This document shows, one piece after another, positions 7,754 through 15,089 of a stretch of DNA of 25,093 bases. The notes under the pieces are model-generated. The model was not told where the DNA came from and ran no database searches. It worked only from the letters and a program-made list of their open reading frames with translations. The stretch is from a virus (Duplodnaviria > Caudoviricetes), in the IMG/VR virus record IMGVR_UViG_3300017909_005178, positions 1-25,093 of that record. One strand, 5' to 3'. Position 1 is the stretch's first letter; the number at the start of each line of letters is the position of its first letter. The position numbers and the translations under genes were made by a program.

Positions 7754-9175
7754 TCAGGCAAGAGTTTCATACACTAACTCGCCAATTTGTTGTCCCATTT
7801 CTCTACCACGAAGGTCTCCATCTTGAATATGGATTCCACCGGGAAGTCGAGACCAACCAGCATCATCAGCAGCATCTTGAAGAGTGTCCCAGCGAAGGGT
7901 GATGGGTTCACCATCATAATCTTCAAAGACCAGATCTGTGGTTGTATATTCTCCTACAAAATGACGCTTGCCGTCACCATAGTGATCGTAACCTTTTGAC
8001 ACACCATCATAATACTCATCGCTGCCATAAAATTTCGACAATACTTCAGCAGCAGCAGCACTAAATGTGCTGTGTCCTGATACAAACTCGGGGAAGGATG
8101 GTGTAACAAATGTGGGAGATTGATACGGTTGCCATTCAGAACCTGTGATGGTATCAATGCCCTTGTTTGGACCTTTCCATCCTTGAATTTCATCATCAGC
8201 AAACAGTTTACGAATTGCTGTTTGTGGACGAACGCCATAACCTTTTTTACCCCAGTGATACTTACTGTCCCATGCTGCAATGCCAGCATCCATCAATGCA
8301 GCATTAAGTAGGAAAGTTGACTTCACATCATCTTTCAAATCGTTGCCGTATTTGAGACAAAGATCCATATTGATCTCATTCCAATGTCCAGGAGGCGTAC
8401 TTGACATAGGTCCATCCGCCCAGTATTCTGCGGTTGTTTTATCAAATGGAGTCATATTTGCCTGAACATCAACAACTTCCTTGAATTGTTTTACGAAAGC
8501 ATCATGTTCCGTAGAAACATTTCCTAAAGCATCAACATACATGTCGTCACTTCCGTACCTAGGTGGTGCTGGAGCACGGAATTGATCACCACTTTCCATC
8601 ACTGCGGGACGAACATACATGTGCCCAGGTGATAAAGCACCAGGAACGTAGTAAGATTCGGGATTTTCAGTTGCAATCGGGGTGCCAATGTCGTTCACCA
8701 CAACTCCCGTGGGCACTTTTGGCGGTTGCCAGGCGTTAATATCACCCGAATCTGAAGGATAAAACTCTACACTGTTATCAATTCCATCACTTTTACGGGA
8801 TTTGTATGCCATTTTCGCAACTTTGCGACCTAATTTCAACTCTTCTTTGCTAAGATCAGGTGCTAGTTCTTTTAATTGGTCATTAAAGAACTTTCTTTGA
8901 TTGGGATACAACCGCTTAAGCATTGAAATACCAGCAGCAGCAACCACGTCGCTCTGGTCGTGCTCCTGAAATTTGCGTGCTCTGTAGGATCTTGCGAATC
9001 CTTCTTCCTTTTTATCGAACGCCGCCAAAGCGTCGTTCATTGCCATGCTGGTGAGGAACAGCGATCGAGAAATAGTCGTTGGTGCAGGTGGATTTTTTCT
9101 GATTTGTTGCAACTGCAAATCGATGACTTGCATTGCGACAGATGGTTGTTGACCAGTGATTGGATCGATAGACAT
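7754..9175 (-). CDS. Vanadium-dependent haloperoxidase (PAP2 superfamily), ~473 aa
   Basis: All three vanadate-binding motifs: WDSKYHW..GVRP, TPSFPEFVSGHS, SRLPGGIHIQDGD; also YWADGP..PPGHW. Likely start MSIDPITG at 9175. Confidence 0.9.
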   Translation of the reverse strand: MSIDPITGQQPSVAMQVIDLQLQQIRKNPPAPTTISRSLFLTSMAMNDALAAFDKKEEGFARSYRARKFQEHDQSDVVAAAGISMLKRLYPNQRKFFNDQLKELAPDLSKEELKLGRKVAKMAYKSRKSDGIDNSVEFYPSDSGDINAWQPPKVPTGVVVNDIGTPIATENPESYYVPGALSPGHMYVRPAVMESGDQFRAPAPPRYGSDDMYVDALGNVSTEHDAFVKQFKEVVDVQANMTPFDKTTAEYWADGPMSSTPPGHWNEINMDLCLKYGNDLKDDVKSTFLLNAALMDAGIAAWDSKYHWGKKGYGVRPQTAIRKLFADDEIQGWKGPNKGIDTITGSEWQPYQSPTFVTPSFPEFVSGHSTFSAAAAEVLSKFYGSDEYYDGVSKGYDHYGDGKRHFVGEYTTTDLVFEDYDGEPITLRWDTLQDAADDAGWSRLPGGIHIQDGDLRGREMGQQIGELVYETLA

Positions 9176-9281
9176 AACAAATGGTATAGAAAGATCTGGG
9201 GAACTTGCCCCACCACAAGTATGCCTGTGTATAGACCGATATGGATGATTGTGGTCCAGTTCATGAGATGTCCACTGCACC

Positions 9282-9310
9282 TTGACACTCGATGCTTTCC
9301 GTCCCAAGAT
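9282..9310 (+). promoter_or_regulatory. sigma70-type promoter TTGACA-N17-CAAGAT for the RHH gene
   Basis: Consensus -35 at 9282-9287; weak -10 at 9305-9310. Confidence 0.5.
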
Positions 9311-9331
9311 CGCCGCATAACATTCTTTACA

Positions 9332-9490
9332 ATGAAACAACGAAAGCGCAGAATCTCAATAACATTAAGTCCAAAGGAACATGATGCTGCTAAAGAATAC
9401 TGTCGTGATAATTGTATTACTTTCTCGTCGATGATTTCTCGTCTATTGTCTATGGTAGAAAAGGGACAAATAGAGATTTTTAAGCAATAA
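9332..9490 (+). CDS. Ribbon-helix-helix (CopG/Arc/MetJ-like) DNA-binding protein, 52 aa
   Basis: MKQRKRRISITLSPKEHDAAKEYCRDNCITFSSMISRLLSMVEKG: alternating beta-strand RISITL, helix, turn, helix. It is the C-terminal part of track ORF 8960..9490. Confidence 0.75.
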   Translation: MKQRKRRISITLSPKEHDAAKEYCRDNCITFSSMISRLLSMVEKGQIEIFKQ

Positions 9491-9524
9491 AAAACGAAGG
9501 GATGCTTGCAAACATACCTTCGTT
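9489..9524 (-). terminator. Intrinsic terminator at the strand-convergence point
   Basis: AACGAAGG...CCTTCGTT stem plus T run on the minus strand. Confidence 0.65.
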
Positions 9525-9547
9525 AAGTGATCGACCGATTCAGTGTG

Positions 9548-9640
9548 TCAGTGTGTCTGGTAATTTGTCTGTTCAAACTTCCTTTCTAATTTAGTCAAAA
9601 CCAAACTTAACTGTGTGCAATCTTCAGCAACACCGGACAT
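9548..9640 (-). CDS. Possible 30-aa peptide (MSGVAEDCTQLSLVLTKLERKFEQTNYQTH)
   Basis: Hand translation; would explain the downstream terminator. Confidence 0.3.
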   Translation of the reverse strand: MSGVAEDCTQLSLVLTKLERKFEQTNYQTH

Positions 9641-9668
9641 AAGTGTTAGAAAGTAGTTGTTTATACTA

Positions 9669-9726
9669 TGTGTCAATTACTAAAGTGTCTGGATGAGGTT
9701 CACAGTGGACTGTCAGTTGCTATTCT
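9669..9726 (+). promoter_or_regulatory. Early-type promoter on the + strand (TGTGTCAATT..AAGTGTC plus TGCTATTCT)
   Basis: Same architecture and identical extended -10 as 934-992, opposite orientation. Confidence 0.5.
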
Positions 9727-9757
9727 TAATTTGTAGGACGAGATACTTAAACTCAGA

Positions 9758-9943
9758 TCAAGCAAAATATCGATCTGGTGTACTCAGATCTTCAACATAT
9801 CTACTAACAACTCTCTCAGATCCCTCTAATTTGAACGCTCTTGCAAAATCAATTTGGTGTGGGTTGAAGTCATCTAATGCTTCAATCTCTAATGTGATTC
9901 GATACTTACTCTTTTGTGAACGATGATAAGTGGATGATGGCAT
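9758..9943 (-). CDS. Conserved cyanophage-type small protein (YRITLE..DDFNPHQID..YVEDLS)
   Basis: ORF track; strong promoter upstream; family recognised from recall. Confidence 0.8.
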   Translation of the reverse strand: MPSSTYHRSQKSKYRITLEIEALDDFNPHQIDFARAFKLEGSERVVSRYVEDLSTPDRYFA

Positions 9944-9972
9944 AAGTTGCAGATAGTGGTGGTTACTTTTCT

Positions 9973-10001
9973 ATTATAGAATGTAATTTAGAATTAGTCA
10001 A
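9973..10001 (-). promoter_or_regulatory. sigma70-type promoter TTGACT-N17-TATAAT
   Basis: Near-consensus with an AT-rich upstream region. Confidence 0.8.
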
Positions 10002-10045
10002 TTCTCATATATTTATTATTCAATTATGTTATCGAAGGTAAACAT

Positions 10046-10073
10046 AAAAAAAGGGAGACCTAAATGATCCCCC
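10046..10073 (-). terminator. Intrinsic terminator
   Basis: GGGGGATC-ATTTA-GGTCTCCC plus T7. Confidence 0.75.
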
Positions 10074-10098
10074 AAGGAATACAAACCCCCCAATACAA

Positions 10099-10377
10099 TT
10101 ACATCACAGCAAATGTCTCCCAATAAAAATACTTAGGAAGACGATCTTTTGCCTTCTCGAACGATGTTTCTCTAATCTGCACCTCTTCTCCGGTTGAATT
10201 GAAGAAGTGAAATAATCTCAATCGATTAAACATTTGAGTGGTAAAGTGGACAACTGAATGATAGTGATACGAATGATTGATGGAAACCCATCTGAAACAT
10301 ACTGCTATATTTGCTCCATCATCCTTGAGTGAACATCTTTTGTACCTTGAAAGATGTTCATACACTTGTTCAAACAA
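10099..10377 (-). CDS. Hypothetical protein (true start possibly 10233)
   Basis: ORF track; 5' part overlaps the upstream gene. Confidence 0.55.
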   Translation of the reverse strand: MFEQVYEHLSRYKRCSLKDDGANIAVCFRWVSINHSYHYHSVVHFTTQMFNRLRLFHFFNSTGEEVQIRETSFEKAKDRLPKYFYWETFAVM

Positions 10378-10595
10378 TGCAATACAATTTTAGTTTGTGA
10401 TTTGTCCCAAGTGACTTCTCTCGAAAATAAGATTTTTCGGATTTGAATTGCTTCAATGGAATAATCTTCATCTGATTGGATACACCAATCAATGACATCT
10501 TTTTCCGCAATAGATAGTTTGAAACTATAAAAATCTCGATTGTAAACTTTTGTTTCAGAAATGATTGGAAATGATTCTGGAACCGCAGTGGTCAT
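10305..10595 (-). CDS. Hypothetical protein (likely start MTTAVP)
   Basis: ORF track 10305..10664; promoter-like TTGCGC-N17-TATCCT lies inside the longer 5' extension. Confidence 0.7.
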   Translation of the reverse strand: MTTAVPESFPIISETKVYNRDFYSFKLSIAEKDVIDWCIQSDEDYSIEAIQIRKILFSREVTWDKSQTKIVLHCLNKCMNIFQGTKDVHSRMMEQI

Positions 10596-10709
10596 GGTCC
10601 GACCTTTAAGATTGCTCTTGAAGGATAGGCAGTAATACTGCCCAGCGCAACCCATTGTCTTCATGTCAAGGTTGATTTTTGTATCATCTATAGCAAAACT
10701 AAAGAGAAT

Positions 10710-10979
10710 CTATTCTAAATCCGAGTCCCAATACTCCATTCCAATAATATCTCTATACAATTCCTCAATGTTATTGCCTTTCCAATTTACAATTTCATCA
10801 CGCTGTTGTATGAGATACTCTAATGTCTGATCAATTTCTATAATTTGTGACTGCAATGTCTCTTTTCTAAGTTTTAGTTCAAGAATTGATTTATCGTAGT
10901 CCAACTGTGACAAAGGTGAACCTCCTTTGTTATTATCTCCTGACACACTATTTAGGTTATTGTGTTCTTTGTTACTCAT
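10710..10979 (-). CDS. Coiled-coil hypothetical protein (likely start MSNKEH)
   Basis: ORF track; start overlaps the upstream stop. Confidence 0.7.
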   Translation of the reverse strand: MSNKEHNNLNSVSGDNNKGGSPLSQLDYDKSILELKLRKETLQSQIIEIDQTLEYLIQQRDEIVNWKGNNIEELYRDIIGMEYWDSDLE

Positions 10980-11118
10980 TTTCTTGAAGTAGAATAGGGA
11001 TGATTTCGTAGTCCACAATATCCTCACCAGGATTAAGAACTTCGTTAATAGTTTCTGCAATCCATTTTCGGGGATGAGTTTCGCTTTTGATTGTCAGCGT
11101 GATTTGATAAGTTTCCAT
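10972..11118 (-). CDS. Small hypothetical protein (METYQITL..HPRKWI)
   Basis: 3' part of track ORF 10972..11241. Confidence 0.7.
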   Translation of the reverse strand: METYQITLTIKSETHPRKWIAETINEVLNPGEDIVDYEIIPILLQENE

Positions 11119-11170
11119 TAGTCGTAGGAGAAAAATGCAGATACAATGAAGAATAATTTCGACTAATTGA

Positions 11171-12082
11171 TCATGTATAACCTCCTTTGAGAAAATTGCT
11201 CCTGGAAAATGACTCTCGATCAATGAGTTTAATTGACCCATGCTTTGATGTCAGTACATAACCCTCATGAAATGAAAGTTCTCCATCTATGTAACAATCA
11301 GGATCTGATACATGCTCTGGTTCAGCAATAAACATGAACAGATCTATCTTCATTGATAATACTAACTTCCACAATCTGATGAGATTGATGTCAACATTCA
11401 AATCCTTAGCAGTTTCGTCGTCCTTCATGGTATTCAGTGTGCCCGCCCTGATCTTAGAATTGATGTATTTTCGGATCTTTGCTGCCCCCTTCGAGTCCTC
11501 GAACTTACATAAGGTGGACATTTGCCTCGCAAAGTTACAAATAGGTTCAAAATCATCCCTATAGGGGTGAATTGAGCACTCTGGTTGAATGAATCTACAT
11601 GAATTTGTATGATTTAACTTTGATTGCAGGGGTGATGCTACCGCCCCTCGAAGCGTCGTTTCGCTCTTATACTGTGTGTGGGGGGCGACGATAACATTCT
11701 CATGCAGCACCTGGGGGAATACATATTCAATCGTATTCGGTTGATACCGATTACATCCACCAAATCCAATAAAATCTCCTTGAATGATACTATCAGTTCT
11801 CGGAAGATTATCAAACAATGAGTGGAGAATCGTAGCAACCTCTCCAGAATGATTCAAATCAATTTCATCATGACTATGATTGATCTTGATTTTTACTTTA
11901 TTGAAAACAGATTTAGTGCCAACAAAGAATTTACTCGTAGCAGGATTAGTGCCCCAGACTATTGCTGGGGAACCATCAATCTTGCAACTGATAATCGCAT
12001 CAGGATCAGTGAAAATGTTGAGAGCACTAAGGTCTCCTTCGAGGACCAGATCCTCGGGATGATGCAGATGCTTATTTTGCAT
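11171..12082 (-). CDS. Conserved phage protein (DUF6267-like) with ATP-dependent ligase/nucleotidyltransferase motifs
   Basis: NKHLHHPED N-terminus; KIDG (motif I), IQGDF (III), HEGYVL (IV), IKL (V). Confidence 0.7.
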   Translation of the reverse strand: MQNKHLHHPEDLVLEGDLSALNIFTDPDAIISCKIDGSPAIVWGTNPATSKFFVGTKSVFNKVKIKINHSHDEIDLNHSGEVATILHSLFDNLPRTDSIIQGDFIGFGGCNRYQPNTIEYVFPQVLHENVIVAPHTQYKSETTLRGAVASPLQSKLNHTNSCRFIQPECSIHPYRDDFEPICNFARQMSTLCKFEDSKGAAKIRKYINSKIRAGTLNTMKDDETAKDLNVDINLIRLWKLVLSMKIDLFMFIAEPEHVSDPDCYIDGELSFHEGYVLTSKHGSIKLIDRESFSRSNFLKGGYT

Positions 12083-12220
12083 TGTTAAGACATACTACAA
12101 ATGGATGATGAATACTCAGAGTAAACACTTTGAATGTAGTATGCTTCCTCAATAAGAATCAGCAACCACGATGATGCAACCACCAAACGAAGTCCAGTGA
12201 AAATGAAAAGAACTGGCACT

Positions 12221-12496
12221 TCAATCTCCAACATACAGAAGCATGTTATCTGCTCCGAGTTTCTTACACCCAGATCCAGTGAATCCGATGCCTCTGACTG
12301 ATCGAAACTCTTCACCATTCGGCGTGGGATAACTAACCCCATCCCTGATGTAGATGTCTTCGATCGATTTATCACAGATAATTACTGGTTTATCCAAACA
12401 GTCGTCTGGAATTTCGTCTAGGATTGCTTTCAGTTCCCGATAAGTTCCCAGATCAAAATCTGTTTTGGGAACAATGAATCGCTCATTCATTGTCAT
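12221..12496 (-). CDS. Hypothetical protein
   Basis: ATGA overlap with the helicase stop. Confidence 0.75.
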   Translation of the reverse strand: MTMNERFIVPKTDFDLGTYRELKAILDEIPDDCLDKPVIICDKSIEDIYIRDGVSYPTPNGEEFRSVRGIGFTGSGCKKLGADNMLLYVGD

Positions 12497-13680
12497 TTTT
12501 TTCCGATTGTGCGAGTGAAGTGTTGACCTTTGTGAATTGAATCAATAACTGCCGATAAGTTTCGTGTGGTATTGATTCCGACCGTATCGTAGGCAGGAAT
12601 ACTAACGGTGCCAACATTCTTCAGATTCACTCCATGCGAATCAATTCGCAACACTCTGCCGATAGATTGTGTCGCTGCTGTTACATTGGGCGAGCGCAGA
12701 AAAACAACTGATTCGAGAGAAGGTATATTGATCCCCTCAGTTAATATGTTGTAATGAAGTATTATGAAGCGGCGGTCTGATTCACCCCATTCTTTTAACA
12801 CTTCAAAGAACCGATCTCGACTAACATTCACATCGTTGATGATTGCTCCGTGCTTTGATGTGATCGAGCACCAATTAAATCCTCTGGATTTCAATTCCTG
12901 ACGGAGATTGGTGCCATAAAGCATACCCATCATCTGTTTTGTGCTCCTGGCACACACCAGAACCTTGGATTTGCCATCATTATCAATAGTTTTGACCAGG
13001 TTTTCTGCCTCTATTTCATAATTAAGGTCATTCTTTTTGACCTTAGAGAATGAACTGACAGACAATTCCGGTGGCAAAATGTATCCAGAGTCGATAAGTT
13101 TTTTTGTAACAATTCTATACAAGACATTTCCGTATATCTCAGTATCATTCATGCCAGGTAAGTGAGCAACATTAGAGTGGGTAGGAGTAGCAGTGAAGAA
13201 ATAGCAGCGGTCACTACTATCAACAGCAAAGTGTTCCGTGCCAGGGAAAAAGTTTCTCTTAATGCTGTGGTGTGCTTCATCAAAATAGATTGTGTCTGCA
13301 TGAATACCTGCCTCCCGAAGTTTCTTAAGCGAGTGATAGGTTGTAAAAAAGATTTGATGATGATATGCTTGATTTGACCACCTGCGAATGTAGTTTACAT
13401 TTGTAGTACTCATGTGATTGGTCTGACCACTATGCACATGCAGCACAGCAGCATTTACTTCATTCTCGATGAAGTCCTCACATAACTGTTGTGCAAGAAG
13501 AATTCTTGGTGCAACAACAATATGCTTACCTGGAGTATCACCAAGGGAAGCAAATCTGTCGATACAATCTTTCACCATACAAGTGGTCTTACCAGCACCT
13601 GTGGGCATGATAATCTGCCCATGATGATGAGATTTCATTGCGTCACATGCTTGACGCTGATATGGACGTAGATCAATCAT
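12493..13680 (-). CDS. SF2 DEAH-box helicase (type III restriction Res-like)
   Basis: Q-motif LRPYQ, PTGAGKT, DEAHH, TAT, EGINIP, QSIGRVLR. Confidence 0.9.
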   Translation of the reverse strand: MIDLRPYQRQACDAMKSHHHGQIIMPTGAGKTTCMVKDCIDRFASLGDTPGKHIVVAPRILLAQQLCEDFIENEVNAAVLHVHSGQTNHMSTTNVNYIRRWSNQAYHHQIFFTTYHSLKKLREAGIHADTIYFDEAHHSIKRNFFPGTEHFAVDSSDRCYFFTATPTHSNVAHLPGMNDTEIYGNVLYRIVTKKLIDSGYILPPELSVSSFSKVKKNDLNYEIEAENLVKTIDNDGKSKVLVCARSTKQMMGMLYGTNLRQELKSRGFNWCSITSKHGAIINDVNVSRDRFFEVLKEWGESDRRFIILHYNILTEGINIPSLESVVFLRSPNVTAATQSIGRVLRIDSHGVNLKNVGTVSIPAYDTVGINTTRNLSAVIDSIHKGQHFTRTIGKK

Positions 13681-13790
13681 GCCGCTGAAGGTGACTTTGA
13701 AGGTAAATTATTTTGCTAATGATGACACTGAAGGTGACAATGAAGATTATTATGTGCCTGAAGATGACGCTGAAGGTGACTCAAAGATCA
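13679..13790. repeat. Repeat array A: three ATGACGCTGAAGGTGAC-type units, 42-43 bp period
   Basis: Units start at 13679, 13722 and 13764 and fill the intergenic space. Confidence 0.9.
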
Positions 13791-14032
13791 ACACATGCAC
13801 CCTGTCGCATTTGTGTGTAACTTGTACGACTAGCATATCCACCCTGAAAGTGATGAATACCGTAGTAATAGCGGGCACAATTTGTTAGATTCAGATTAAA
13901 TACTGTTGCCATAATCTCAAAAGGAACGTCACCATAAGCACGGCGAAACTCATTCAGTTGTTGAGTGATTTCCTTCGCTCTTGGTGTGAAACGAATGGAA
14001 TTGCTGGGGTGAACAGTGACTTTACGAAACAT
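13781..14032 (-). CDS. Small putative helix-turn-helix protein
   Basis: VPFEIMATVFNLNLTNCARYYYG fits a helix-turn-helix pattern by eye. Confidence 0.6.
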   Translation of the reverse strand: MFRKVTVHPSNSIRFTPRAKEITQQLNEFRRAYGDVPFEIMATVFNLNLTNCARYYYGIHHFQGGYASRTSYTQMRQGACVDL

Positions 14033-14067
14033 GATGAAGTTTGATTAACTTACGTCCAGAAGACAAA

Positions 14068-14098
14068 TCTCGTGGACATACAAAACATATCCACGAGA
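14068..14098 (-). other. Stem-loop in the leader of the HTH gene
   Basis: TCTCGTGGATAT...ATGTCCACGAGA, 12 bp with one G-U pair. Confidence 0.65.
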
Positions 14099-14139
14099 CA
14101 GTTGAGACGCAACGTGCGAAAGGTGAAGCAAATCAGGAA

Positions 14140-14349
14140 TTATTCTTCCTGCTCTACTTCTTTTTCCTTCACAATCCTCGGTCCTTTGAAAACTCGATCG
14201 TTTTCGTAGAAACTCGCTACACGCTCTCTTCGTGCTTGTAAGAGCATCTCGTACTGCTCTTTCTGGTCTTTGGTGTATCTGAAATCTTGATTCTTCCAGA
14301 TTTTTCTCAAATCCTGCATGTGATGCAGGACATTTAAGGTTTCATCCAT
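14140..14349 (-). CDS. Small charged hypothetical protein
   Basis: ORF track. Confidence 0.8.
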   Translation of the reverse strand: MDETLNVLHHMQDLRKIWKNQDFRYTKDQKEQYEMLLQARRERVASFYENDRVFKGPRIVKEKEVEQEE

Positions 14350-14351
14350 GG

Positions 14352-14495
14352 TTAATAATCGAAATCGGAATCAATGTACCTTTGAAGGTCGAATTTTTCG
14401 CCTTCTTCAATTAGATCGAAGATTGTTTGATCTTCCATCATGTCGAAGTTGATGAGTTCTTCGACTTGATCCTCTGTGAGAAATTTTTCTGACAT
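14352..14495 (-). CDS. 47-aa very acidic protein (MSEKFLTEDQVEELINFD...YIDSDFDY)
   Basis: Hand translation; GAGGT SD; fills the gap; not in the ORF track. Confidence 0.7.
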   Translation of the reverse strand: MSEKFLTEDQVEELINFDMMEDQTIFDLIEEGEKFDLQRYIDSDFDY

Positions 14496-14501
14496 AACAC
14501 C

Positions 14502-14933
14502 TCAGAATGAACAACCAGTTTCTTGAGACAACTGAGCACAGAACTTAGCAGTCAATGGGGATTGGATGCTTTGAAGTTTCTTACGAAGATCATACATCTT
14601 GACACGATTCTTAGTGAAGTGTGCCAAGCGATCAGAGATAGAAACGAGTTGAAGGAAATTCCAAATCTCGATTGAGTTGGAAGAACCGAGAAGGAAGTGC
14701 ATAGCAACAAAAGAATGGTACTTGTTGCTAGAACGGCACTCTTTCAAAACAGAGACAATTTCTTTAGCAACCTCACCTGCTGTTGAAGGATAATAGGTTG
14801 AAAGAAAGTTTTTGGATTCTTGATAGATAAAACCATCCCAATCAAGTTGATATGATTGGGATTGTTGCTGTTCAAGCATGCTCTGAATCGAAGACAAAGT
14901 TGCTTGGATCTGGTCAAGGTCGATGGTTTGCAT
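14502..14933 (-). CDS. Hypothetical protein
   Basis: ORF track; first gene downstream of array B. Confidence 0.75.
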   Translation of the reverse strand: MQTIDLDQIQATLSSIQSMLEQQQSQSYQLDWDGFIYQESKNFLSTYYPSTAGEVAKEIVSVLKECRSSNKYHSFVAMHFLLGSSNSIEIWNFLQLVSISDRLAHFTKNRVKMYDLRKKLQSIQSPLTAKFCAQLSQETGCSF

Positions 14934-14947
14934 AACCAGTTGGTTGA

Positions 14948-15089
14948 TGATGACGCCGAAGGTGACTACGAAGGTGATCCCCCGTGGACATAATATGCCA
15001 CATCATGACGCTGAAGGTGACGCTGAAGGTGACAGTGAAGATAGTGTCCACCCATGTGTCATGACGCTGAAGGTGACGCTGAAGGTGAC
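14948..15089. repeat. Repeat array B: three units, 55-56 bp period, including two perfect 31-bp copies TCATGACGCTGAAGGTGACGCTGAAGGTGAC
   Basis: Perfect copies at 15003-15033 and 15059-15089; degenerate copy from 14950. Confidence 0.95.

Noticed and set aside
9176-9340. 55-aa N-terminal extension of the VHPO in the ORF track
   Set aside because: It overlaps the RHH start and promoter elements; VHPO-like sequence begins at MSIDP (9175).
14948-15089. Mini-CRISPR interpretation (31-bp repeats with ~25-nt spacers)
   Set aside because: The repeat is an internal 12-bp tandem, the gaps look like promoter parts, the sister array has gaps too short to be spacers, and no cas gene is in the window.
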